Translations under genes and position numbers: made by a program
NCBI GenBank assembly: GCA_973895155.1
Contig: OZ316897.1
Span: 9,075,832 to 9,139,831 of the forward strand
Length of the DNA stretch: 64,000 bases
DNA from: Marsupella aquatica
Taxonomy: Eukaryota > Plantae > Marchantiophyta
Direction of reading: 5' to 3'
Notes under the pieces: model-generated
Told to the model about the DNA's origin: nothing
What the model saw: only the letters and a program-made list of their open reading frames with translations
Databases searched by the model: none
In this document: piece after piece, positions 44,471-55,639 of the stretch
How positions within the stretch are numbered: the first letter of the stretch is position 1
Layout of the letters: each line of letters opens with the position of its first letter

Positions 44471-45134
44471 TGTACCATCCATTTGCAGGAGTCATATTTA
44501 GAACTGGACCCTGTTTTTTTCCTTTCTTGCCTAGGTTTCTATTGGTAACCTAGTCTTTTATATTGGCACCTAAAAAAGGCACCCCTCTCTCTCCTTAGAG
44601 GAAAAAAAGCCACTTCACACAACAACCAAAAAGCAAATATGGCCTATTAAAAAACAAACACAATAAACCCCAAAACTACCTCCCTACCTCCTGGGAAAAT
44701 GGAAAAAGGTAAAACCCTTCTAAAAAAGGTTAAAACTATTCAAAAATGGGAAATACACATTTCATTTGCTCATCCTTCTCTCCTCCTAGTGTCATATGCA
44801 CATTCCCAATAATGATGGAGTGTGGGCTATCCTTGTATAGCTTGCACTTCCTCTACTCATGTGAGTTGTGTTCACTTTACTAGACTAGGGCATGGCAGGC
44901 TTTTTTTGGCAAAATAATGCCAAAAATATACCAGCGGTACAAAGGAACTATTCTTTTAGATTTCAGGAGATATGACGAATAATCTAGAAGAATCTGATGG
45001 CTGGTATTACTCTTGGGATGATCACGCTCATGCATGCAGTGTGTAAAAAGTTAATCTTTTTAGATTTCATTTCTTTACTTTAAAACAATGTAAACATTTG
45101 AATGTTTCTTTATTTAATATGCATAATAATGTTT

Positions 45135-45880
45135 TCCAAGGGACTCAACTTTTCAGCTCACCCGACCCAAATTCCCCAAAAGTGATTCACATCGAGTTCA
45201 TGGCACAATGTCCTAAGGCATCACAGTACGGTATCTCAAACCTCACTGTATCTCGATAACTGTACATCAAAATATGACATATATTATGTATTACACTCTT
45301 GTATACCGTGATAATACTCTTGTATACCGTGATAATACTAGTTTTTTTTTTTCAATCAATAAATGCAGTCACATTTTGATGTGTGATTACCAACAAGACA
45401 AAAGCTTTGATGCAATTTAAAATTTCTTGGGCAAACTTTGGCGTCTATCACACTTTCGGGCAAGGGCTGCACAATGTTGTTTGACTCTGGTCTCTTGCAA
45501 TAGCAACCCAAGTCAACAGGTTTGGTCAAGTTCCCATGAGAAAAAGTGTGGGCCCTGGTCAAGGTGCCCAACCATTTTGGGAATTTTCAACTGGCACAAA
45601 CACTATTTGAAAGTCTGTCCCAGGGACTCAAATTTGCAATAATTGATTCATTCCTCAGTTCATGGCACGATGTCCCCAAGCACTACAGTAGGGCTTCTCC
45701 AAACCTCACTATCCTAGTAAATGCGGCTGGAATTTCCAGTGCAAAACTCTGACGTGGATCACACTTTTGGGCAGGGGCTGTCCAACTTTGTTTGACTTGG
45801 GTTTTGCAATAACAGCCCAAGTCAGGAGCCGGTTAGGTCAGGTTCCAAGGAGATAAGTGTGGGCCCTGGATATAGGTACC
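45135..45880 (+). repeat. Degenerate tandem repeat (segments 45137/45619 and 45420/45731 are homologous)
   Basis: agggactcaa...gttcatggcac.atgtcc...aaacctcact x2; atcacacttt.gggca.gggctg...aagtgtgggccctgg x2. Confidence 0.75.
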
Positions 45881-46317
45881 TGATCTTTCTTGCCCTGACC
45901 ATAATTGACCATAAGAAAAGCAACAATATATAATGTAACGTGTTACATAACAAGTGTGCTCAAATTGAACAAATTTTCCCATACCACTATAAATTCAATT
46001 GTTCTCCTATATCACCAAGTGTTTTTATTGCACATCAAAAAGCAACAACATATTGTGTATTGAGCTACATGACAAGTGTTCACAAGTTGGAACAAATTTT
46101 CCATACCTCCCTCAACTCCATTACTCTTTTATATCACTAATTGTTGTTCTTTCTATGTATTGGGCTGCTGCTTTTTTATGTGCAGTTACGACCCATCAGT
46201 TTGAGTCAATGATCTGGACCCTCCACTATGTTTGAGACCGATCACTTTGGGTCAATGATCTGGACCCTAAAAAGCCCACTATGATTGAGAAGCTCTAGTG
46301 TAGATATTTCTTAAATA

Positions 46318-46791
46318 TCTTACAAATTAATTAATAGAAAACCTTGGCTGGGAATATCGAATGGGGGATGCCTGTACCCTCCCCTCCCCTTATTATTGAG
46401 TAAGTTGCTTTGGGGTCTTGTCTAGCGATTCAGCATCTTTGTGCTTTGGCAGTGTGATATTTATTTGTTATATATTTCCAAAAGTCCAGTACCATACAAA
46501 GGATCCAGCCATCCATCGCCACACGAACACATGCATTGTTGAAACATGCCACGTAATATCCACCATGGCGCTCAGTCATGAGGTCCATGCCTCCATCCTC
46601 TCATTCCATCCATCCATCCAAAGATCCATGCAGCATGGCCATGCTCCCCTCGTCATGGTGTCCACGATCTTTTTGACACGCATGTAATGCATGCAATTTG
46701 CAGGACTGACTGACCGGACTGCCCGAATCCAAATTACAAAGACGGGCATAGCAGTGGTGCTGCCCGAGCACTCCACAGCGCCTCAATCTAG
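46318..46791 (+). mobile_element. Putative small non-autonomous Helitron
   Basis: A|TC...AT-rich 5' end at 46318; GC hairpin gtgct-gcccg-agcac, then CTAG|T at 46788-46792. Confidence 0.45.
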
Positions 46792-49419
46792 TCTACTGAA
46801 GGGACTAGAGACCATAGGTACCTTCAATAAATAAAAATAATGATTGGACTGGAGACCATGGGTACCTTCAATAAATAAAAATGATGATTTGGAATTGAGA
46901 CCTATATATCAGAGTGTCCAAGGGCAGAAAAGGCCTAACTGGGAGACATGATCCCAAAGGCAAAGCAACCCACTGAAGGGGAGGAAAAGAGGGAAACCAT
47001 ATGAATTCCAATCCAATGAAACAAAAAGTTAAGTGATGTTTTATAAAAATTGTTAAACAATAATGTTTATTAGTGTTTTTAGCATTTCATGTAAAAAACA
47101 CTGATTAACTAATGTTCATGTGTTTTTGTAAAGTAAAAGTGAAATCTAGGAAAATAAATATCATGGACCACAAAGTAGGTTTTTGTAACCCTCATGGACC
47201 ACATTTTCCAATATTAAATTTAATTGTCATAAATTCATATTCATAAATCTCAATTTTTATTATTTTGGGAATATGCTAGAGGAGTATGTAAGCTACACAC
47301 CATCAAAGTAACAATGAACTATTGGCCTTCTGGTTTAGTTTTTCATCATAAATGCAAAGGGGTGAATTCCATTAAATTAAGTTTGATTGTGTTAACACAA
47401 AATATTTGAGCTTGTCTTTTACAATCTCCTCTTTCTCTAGTTGCCTTGCATGTGCAAAACTAAAAATTATTTTGGGACTCATACTCATCAAGTTATGGGC
47501 CCCAAACTCCTTTTGACCACCAAAATGTGGTCCATGGGAGCAGTTTGTCCAACATTCAAAGCAATATACAAACTTTTTACAGAAAGTGCCAACATAGTAC
47601 AAAAGAATAAACAAAAGAGGTCCCAAGTGGACAAAACCAAACACAAAAGAAGTGAGCAAAAGGAAACCCCTAAAAACCAAGAAAGAAGAACTAAAAGAAA
47701 AGAGCAAAAAGAAACCCCCAAAAACCAAGAAAGATAAACTAAAACTATCGCAAATGGACCAAGGTCCTCATCATTCCTAGCAAATGAACCTCCAACATGG
47801 AGGTTCATCCTGGTTTTAGTTTCAAAATAATTCATTGCATTATGCTGTAATTTTAAAAGAAAAAATAGTAACTTTTTGGGTAGTGCATGCTCGAATCTGA
47901 TCATTCCTAGATAATCTACTGCACTTGATGTTTATTTTGTTTGGCCTCCCAATGACAAAATATTATCAATTAATACATACATTATATTGTAAGTATGCTA
48001 TTTAAACGCTATTCAATCATGCCTTTTCTTTCTCAACACTATATTTATGTTAAGCACTTTTGTTGTTTCTTTCCCATGTCCATTTACAAAATGACATTAT
48101 GGCAACAGGTCACCCTAGTCATTTGATTGGTAGCATTTTTCACAACCATGGCATGACCTCAAGCTGCCATTGTGCACCTTTTCCATGCCCAACCCATCAT
48201 TCTCATGCAACTTGCACACTCTTTGAAATCCAAATGCCAGACAAGCTAACTGACTCTCCATAGTTTCTGACTGCCTGACCATCTCACTTAAGGTTGACAA
48301 CACCCAATATTACATACTATTGACATTGTCATGCGTTACCAGCATTTTTTAATTTATTCCTTATATTTTGGGGTTCATTTTACCTACTATCTAGAAACAT
48401 TGTTTTAGTATTTTGGACAGGTTGGGGACAACCTGTTTGAATTTCCTCTAGGAGTGTTGAATCTATTAAACCAATTCTTGGAATGAGAGACAATCTCTTC
48501 CTCGCCCAAGGTCTAATTTTGGTGTGCAATATTGTCCAAAGATGATGATAGTTAGGGTGCATGGATCTGAATAAGATCTCCAAGGGTCTAGAAAGCAGGT
48601 TGTGAGCCTATGCAAGAAGGGGTTTGGACAAAATGTAAGAAATAAATGTGATCCTAAAGTCAGCTAAAGTGTAGGGGTATAGATCCTTTCAAGGCCAAAT
48701 ATGAGGCACAGATGCAACACAATGAGGTGGGTGACAACACATTTACCCATCCTATGAGGAAGGTGGTGATTGGAGAGGGAATGGGAAGAGATGATGATCA
48801 TGGATAGCCATTAATTAGGACAATAGGATTGGTGAGAGCACGGATAGGGATCAGCTTTGAATTTGGCTACATTAGAGTTTGCACTTAAGTTGTTGTTTCT
48901 AGTGAAAACCTTGAAACACTTACTTGTAAAACATGCCAAACAATGCAAAACACCATAAGAAAAAATTTCATTATGTGGACTATCAATAAATGAGGAAACC
49001 AGGTGTGATCAAAAAAAGGTAATCTTAATGCAAATAGCTAATTTTCTATAAATCATAGGAAGTAAAAGAAGGTATTCTAAACTTGATTTAAACAATGTTT
49101 TTTAATATATAATTTTTACAAATAAAAATATACTCAATATTAAAATAAAGAGAATTTTTTTCTTCATAATATATAATTATTTATATTAGGCTATGATGGC
49201 ACATAGTAACTCGAAATATACAATAAATCCCAGACCCAAAGGAACTCATCCTGCCTACATGGGAACTAACCCCCATGGTGGAGGATTCCTCAATATGTCC
49301 TTATGCCCTGATGTGAATTTCCTTTGTTGGAGGATGCCGCAATGGAGATCCCCTAGGCGCAGACCAGATACTACAATTTTTTGTGAGATGCAACCAAATC
49401 TCATGCAAAAACAACCTTG

Positions 49420-51485
49420 AATTCAAATTGCATGAGCGTTAATCTTGCATGAGCAGAATATGATTTTGGGATCTTTGCTCATTAAATTAATAACTGGTGA
49501 GTTTTTACTTCAGTTAGTACGTATACAACCTGAGCTTGGACGAGAGTTGAGATACTTTAAAAAATATAAGACATTGTTAGAAGTATTTGTGAGAGTTGCT
49601 GGAATTGAAAATGAGGTCAGTGAGCAAATGAAGATGACATTTTGTACTATAGTTAATGCCAAAAATAAGACTGCATATTTTATAAGTCTAGCAGAACTAA
49701 ATTAAGATATTATCTTTGTGATTTAAATTGTGATTTAAATCAATGCAATCAAGATTTAGATCATCATATAGACTGTTTTGAACTCAAATTGCATGAGCAA
49801 GGGGTGATCCTAGCTCCTGGCGGATGAAATTGATTGCTGGCAAGTTTTTGCTCCATGTGGTAGAATCACAGCCTAAGCTTTGGCAACAATTACTGTCCAC
49901 AAAAAACGTAAATTATCCTTAGAAGTATTACCTAGTTCTGCTAGAATTAAGATGGAGCTTACTAAGCAAACTGAAAAAAATGTGATGTAATTGATGACCC
50001 AAACAGGGTTGCTCAATTTTTTACTCTGTAAAAGTTAGATCCGCAAATTATCTTTTGTCAACAACTCTTCAAATTTTATCCTAATTTAGAAACATATTTA
50101 TGGAAATGGAGTTTTGTGCTCAAGCATTTTTCTTTATTGAATTTTTTTTTTGTTGGATTTAGGGGATGAACAAGCAAAGAGTTGGAGCATAGATAGTGGA
50201 AAGGATGGCAAGGAGAATGAAAACGTGTTATTATCTGGGGGGGGGGGGGGGGGGTTTGAGTATGAAAAATCATAAACCATGTGCAATTAAAAATAAATAT
50301 TTTTGAAAAAAATTTGCCATTTTCTTAAAAGCATAGGAGGTATAAAATGAAATAGAGCCTCACATTTAGAATACTCTCTTACATATATATATTTATTTAT
50401 ATTTAAAGTGAAATATGTAATTGATATTGAACAACAAAAATAATATTAAAATAAATTAGACTAGGATTGCAAGTGATACCTCTGAATATACACTAATTTA
50501 ACCCCTTGAGGTTGTGATTGCTTTTGGTGATGTTCATTCTTGACTAACTTTAGGTGTGGTTTAGTATTCTGTTTCATTTCATTTACAAGTTGCTAGGTTT
50601 GGAAAACCTCTTCACTTTTGTGATCCTCAGTTATTTGGCAATAACTAAGGTTGATGGCACCATGTACACTATGTAATAACTTGGGGGTGAACTTAGTGTA
50701 TATTTTGGGGTACCATATGCAATCTTAGCCTAATATAAATACTCATATTTTATAGAGTATAAAATATTTTGTACTATGAGTATACCTATTATGGATCGCA
50801 TACAATTTGTACAATTTTCAACAGTCAACCCCCGAGTGTAATAAGTGAAGCAACATTCTTAATAGGATGAGTGGCTTGTGTATATTTTATGACTTTTGTA
50901 TAGAATATACAAGACTTGGTGATCCAAATTGACTGACTTGTGTACATCATCAGGCCCTGGTGAGAACCCCCTAGTGAAGATCCCCTTGGCGAAGACCCTG
51001 TCCTTTGGTTTCTTGGTGAAATTGAGCAAAATCAACATGAAAATCAACTTGAGATTAAGCAAGAATGGCATCTACAGGGTACAATTTTGGGCTCCTTGCT
51101 CAATAAATTAACAACTGTTCAGTTTTCACTTCACTTAGTACGTGTACAGCCTAAACTTGGACGAGAGTTTAGATTCCCCAACAAATATAAGAAATAATTA
51201 GAAGTATTTGTGAGAGTTGCTGGAATTGAAAATGAGTTTACTAAGCAAATGGAGATAAGATTTTGTGATATAATTAACGTCGGAAACAGATTGCATATTT
51301 TTGAGTCTGGCAGAGCTCGATCAGAAAATTTTCTTGTGTTTGTAGCTTGCGCAGTTGAAATCCAGATCTAGAGAGATCTTTGTGTAGACAAATATTTGCG
51401 CTTAAGCATGCTCAGTTGTCAAAAACTAATTTCGGATTTTAGCAAAGAGTTGGAGCAGAGAGAATGAGGATGACAAAGGAGAATG
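49420..51485 (+). repeat. Multiple degenerate copies of an AT-rich repeat family
   Basis: tcaaattgcatgagc and ...cttggacgagagtt...ttagaagtatt...gctggaattgaaaatgag at ~49420-49720, ~49780-50060 and ~51120-51330; agcaaagagttggagca at 50173 and 51441. Confidence 0.7.
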
Positions 51486-51574
51486 CAGATAATGTAACAT
51501 GTTGTGATCACATTTGATGATGCCCATGTTTGGATAACTTCATCTGTGCTCTAGTGTTCCCTAGAGCACTACAC

Positions 51575-51858
51575 TGATCTTTGATGCTAATAAAACACCT
51601 CATGAAATTTGTAAAGTTGTGGATGCAATTGTCTTTTATTTGACAAGGGCATGCTGACATTCTTCTCTGTTCGGCTGTGTGTCGCCTTTTTCTTGCACTT
51701 GCGAGAAAAATGAGCAAATTACAAATCTTGAAATGATAGGAATTGAAATTTTTCGGTTATGTGAAGGGTGTTTCTAGTTTTTTGGGCATTGTGAGTATTT
51801 CATTAGGTACAAATATTTAATGTCAATAATGTTTAGCATCCCCATCTAAAACAAGGAG
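51575..51858 (-). pseudogene. Duplicated CTF18 fragment: exon 24 plus flanking intron
   Basis: 51599-51698 is collinear with exon 20153-20252 (24 substitutions in 100 nt by hand count). It translates CKKKATHSRTEKNVSMPLSNKRQLHPQLYKFHE versus [33 protein letters not shown]. The acceptor is mutated AG to AA. Intron homology continues to ccccatct.aaacaaggag. Confidence 0.88.
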
Positions 51859-52654
51859 AGTTTCTCTGAGCATGGAATAACAAGCGTTTACAAGGCAATG
51901 TTGATCGAGTATCCAAAGTGGGTTTGAAATTAAACTTTCAGAGAATTGTTTTTCGAACTAACTATGCACCACTCAGAAACCACGAGTCTAAGGTGAGAAG
52001 CTGGTCAAAGGAAAAGGAGGAAACGCGATCCAAATTGCCATGGAGAGAGTACATTGCCGGCCTGATTTACTGTGATGCAATTTCCATCCAAGATAATCAT
52101 ACCATCAAAGCCAGTAGCTTTAGCTTCTCACAGGTGGATGCAGAGGATAGCAATGGACTGTTGGGAGACATCTGCATACAACTTTGAAGCCTCTTGGCTC
52201 TGATCACTCTGCCAATCCCCAAACTGAATCCTCTCTTTTCCCTTTCCAAACACTAGAAGTTAAAAATAATAATAATAAGGAGAGCAGCGACAAGGCAAAT
52301 GCAGTACACCAAATAGCAGACTAAGACACAGATAACTGCACCGCATCATCACAAATTTTTCTATTTACATGAAAACCTTGGAAATTTTGAATGACTTGGA
52401 CACCCTGTCTTCAATGCAGTGTGATTGAAGCCCTCGAATCAAGTTCCTTCTGTTGGTGTCACATGTTTCCATTTCATGAATTTAGATTACTAGATAGTTA
52501 CAGATTGGTGGACCCTGATGTCAGCAAATGCAGGTGCATGGAGTGGTTGCCTGTCGACCAGATGTCACTAAGGTCATCCCAGCCTCAACTTTTCTTTTCT
52601 GTACATTACTCCTTGAATGTTTGATTGTAGACTGCCACGATTCATTGATTCTAC

Positions 52655-52805
52655 TGGAAAAAGTGCATTTACTTCATGTAATTGATTCTAGGTGCTAGGT
52701 ATCCACAACACGAAGGTTGTAGAGGTTTCTGGAAAAAGTGCATTTCCTTCATGTGATTGATTCTAAGTGCTGGGTATCCACAACACAAAGGTTGTAGAGG
52801 TTTCT
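52655..52805 (+). repeat. Tandem duplication (~75 bp x2)
   Basis: ctggaaaaagtgcattt.cttcatgt.attgattcta.gtgct.ggtatccacaacac.aaggttgtagaggtttct occurs twice. Confidence 0.9.
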
Positions 52806-52979
52806 TTCTATCACATGCATTCTTCACATGCTGAATTAGCGAAATATCGATTACTGGGCTGACAGGATGGGTGCTAGTCTCAAGGATCATCGGCTACTGT
52901 GGAGAGAACCTGCTGCTGCGCCGCATGTGTTGCAAGTCCTTCATGAAGACAGTTGTTTGGTAGCAATCGTACCTTGGTG

Positions 52980-53316
52980 TATGAGGAACAGTGTGAAGTG
53001 CAGCTTTGCCATCAGAAAGCTTTGGAGGTGTGTGACTTGAAATGTTATGGATAAATGCTTTCTCTAGATGAATTTGTTTATCGCTCCCAACCTCCCAGTT
53101 TTGGAAAAAAGTCAGGAAGGGTTAAACAGTAGTGAAGATATCTTGAAGATATCACGATGTAATGGCTTGTAAACGCTTCAGTCTTCCGAAAAATAGACAA
53201 CTCTTCGAGAGCCAAGACACACCAACCCAGATCAGAAGCCTGCAATCTTGCACAAGACCAGCTTCAGTTTTTGTGCATCTATGACTTGATCTCTAACTAG
53301 TACATGGCCTCTGCAA
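52980..53316 (+). pseudogene. Inverted duplicated CTF18 fragment: exon 16 plus flanking intron
   Basis: 53182-53299 matches exon 23968-23850 with 8 substitutions and a 1-nt deletion at the exon start (frameshift). Upstream intron sequence 24228-23970 is also copied, with a ~55-bp indel. Confidence 0.92.
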
Positions 53317-55557
53317 ACTAAACTTGTAGATTGAACCCCGTTTTCATTCTCCAAAGAAAACGTTTCCAGATTTTGGGAAGACATCGGACAATGAAGCAAA
53401 TCGAGGTTGGAGTTTAGGGAGAGCCCAGACGCAACTTTTACACAATGAGGACCCTACTGTCATTCTCTGTTGCAACTCAATTTCTGGTACCATAAGCTGA
53501 CCTTGACTGTTCTCGATTTTGAAGAGCCTCAAGCTCACGGCACACGCCTGTGCGTTGTAAAACTAGCAAAATGGGGAAAGTGTTTTTGCAAATATTTGTG
53601 TTGAGGGGTCGAAACGTAACAAGGTGACATCATTCTCTTCTGTCCTCCGGATTTAATAACGGGTCACTCTAAGGGGTACGTGCAGGTCGGGATGGCGCAG
53701 AGAAAAGCTCTGACAGAAGGAAGGATGGGAATGTCACGTGTGACGACTTCAATCTGCCTGCACCCTGTTAGGCAGGTTCGAGCTAGTGGCGCCGTCTGGC
53801 AAGAATGTTCGATCACCGGGTAGAAAAACTATGGTTTAACAGCCGTCGACCTTCACCAATTGCAAAGAAATTTTAACCCGTGTCTCTGAATAAACCCAGA
53901 AACTGCAGCCGAAGTAAATGAAATTCAAATTGCCAGCCAGAATCACTATCTTTTCGTTGATGTCATAGCGGACGAATGATGCGCGGCCTCACTTCCGTGA
54001 CTCAGCCTTCCTTGATCTGGTGCTGTTATATACCAGAGCTCGGTCCAGGCTGCTGCAGTAATTCCAAATTGGCCTGCTCTGTGGCTATGTCGAAACCAAG
54101 ATTTCCAAACCGTTCAGCTCATTCGAAGCTTTGAGGTGCGATGCAAATTATTCCCACGGATGTACGGGAGAAACCAGAACGTGTGACCTCCAGATGCTAT
54201 GAGTTTCGTGAGAAGCGAAGCTCATCTGTCCAAAATGAAATTCAGATTCTTCAAACCCACGAGAAAGGAAGTTGGGCGTTGGAACAGGACAACTCCTGCC
54301 CAAATTTTCTCTGATTCTGCAAAAGGTTTGCACACATCCGCAACGTCTCGAAACTCATGCAACCAGTCGAGTATTCAAACAATGAAGCACTGATAATAAC
54401 ACAGAGTATCTTTAACCCGCAACACTGATCGATTATTCCTAGAAGTACTCTTCCCAACATTAAAATATTGATCCTTCTCGCCATTAGACTTGAGCACTCC
54501 CCATACGCACAACAAAACAGAAGACGACAATTTGACTTTAAAAGAAAACCTTTTGTTCCTTGTCTTGCAGAGTAGAACATAATTTAAACCCGGATAAAAT
54601 CCAAGACAGCCATCATTATCGAAATATGATGAATCTAACTTCAGGACTGCTTGCCATAGTTGTCCAGAAAAGTTATTCCATATTCTCGTTATCTGAAATT
54701 ACAGACAGGTGAGTGTTGCTATAGAGCCGAAATTCTGTTAAGCAATGCATTCCAAGACAAGGTTTTCTGACCATATGACTATAGACTCTGCAAGATGTTT
54801 CTGCCAACAGACAACTGGACTTCATCAGCTTTCGATAATATCTGACAATGAGGCATACCTGACTGCCATGGTGATGGCATATTCATTAGTTTTCACCTTT
54901 GAGAAATGATTTCATCCGTTTGCAAATAGTTCTCCAAAGTGCGAGAGCCCCATTGCTACCCTTGCATCGTCTAGTGGTTCACTCCAAAAAATGTACCATC
55001 TGTCGTCCCCACGACCAACGGAATTCTTTCTCGACGAAGAGCATCTAATATTGTTAACCAACCAAACCAGCTGAGCCAAACTCACGGGGAGCCCCTGCTG
55101 ACTCTGGATACTTTACTCACTCGTTTGAGGTATTTCTCACGGCTTCAATCACAAATCACCACTTGCTGAATTCTACACAGGGTCCGAATAAATGAAACTC
55201 CCCATAGAATCCGACGAACCTTCCCGAACGAGACCTACATCCAAAGAAAATGAAAGGCATCCATGGATCAGAAAATGGAGCATCAGTACTGGAATCTTGA
55301 TAATTAATTACACAGGTTGTTCCCTACAATATATGAGTCTTACTTACTGAGATCTCTGAGTCTAACTCTGTATGAAGAATTGATGTCACCAGAGGGAGAC
55401 TTTCTTTTAGATTGAACGGATCTGGACATTAGAGATCTGTACCTTGCAGAACCTCATATCCGTAACACACTGTTGACTCTAAAAAAGACAAGTGTGTTAT
55501 TTGGATCGAAGCTGGTTAGTCTTACCCAATGGAGTCCAGCTAAAAACCTTCATATTA

Positions 55558-55595
55558 GCGAGGATGCGTCACACAAGGGTGTGACGCATCCTCGC
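55558..55595 (-). other. Perfect 17-bp stem, 4-nt loop hairpin in the presumed RNase J 3' UTR
   Basis: GCGAGGATGCGTCACAC-aagg-GTGTGACGCATCCTCGC lies about 45 nt downstream of the stop codon at 55640. Confidence 0.9.
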
Positions 55596-55639
55596 ACATG
55601 AGAAAATTCTTGGAAATTTGATGCTCCACGCAAAGCTCC

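Noticed and set aside
54041-54058. tcggtccaggct resembles miR166; gagagagtaca at ~52043 resembles miR529
   Set aside because: Partial matches only, with no precursor hairpin.
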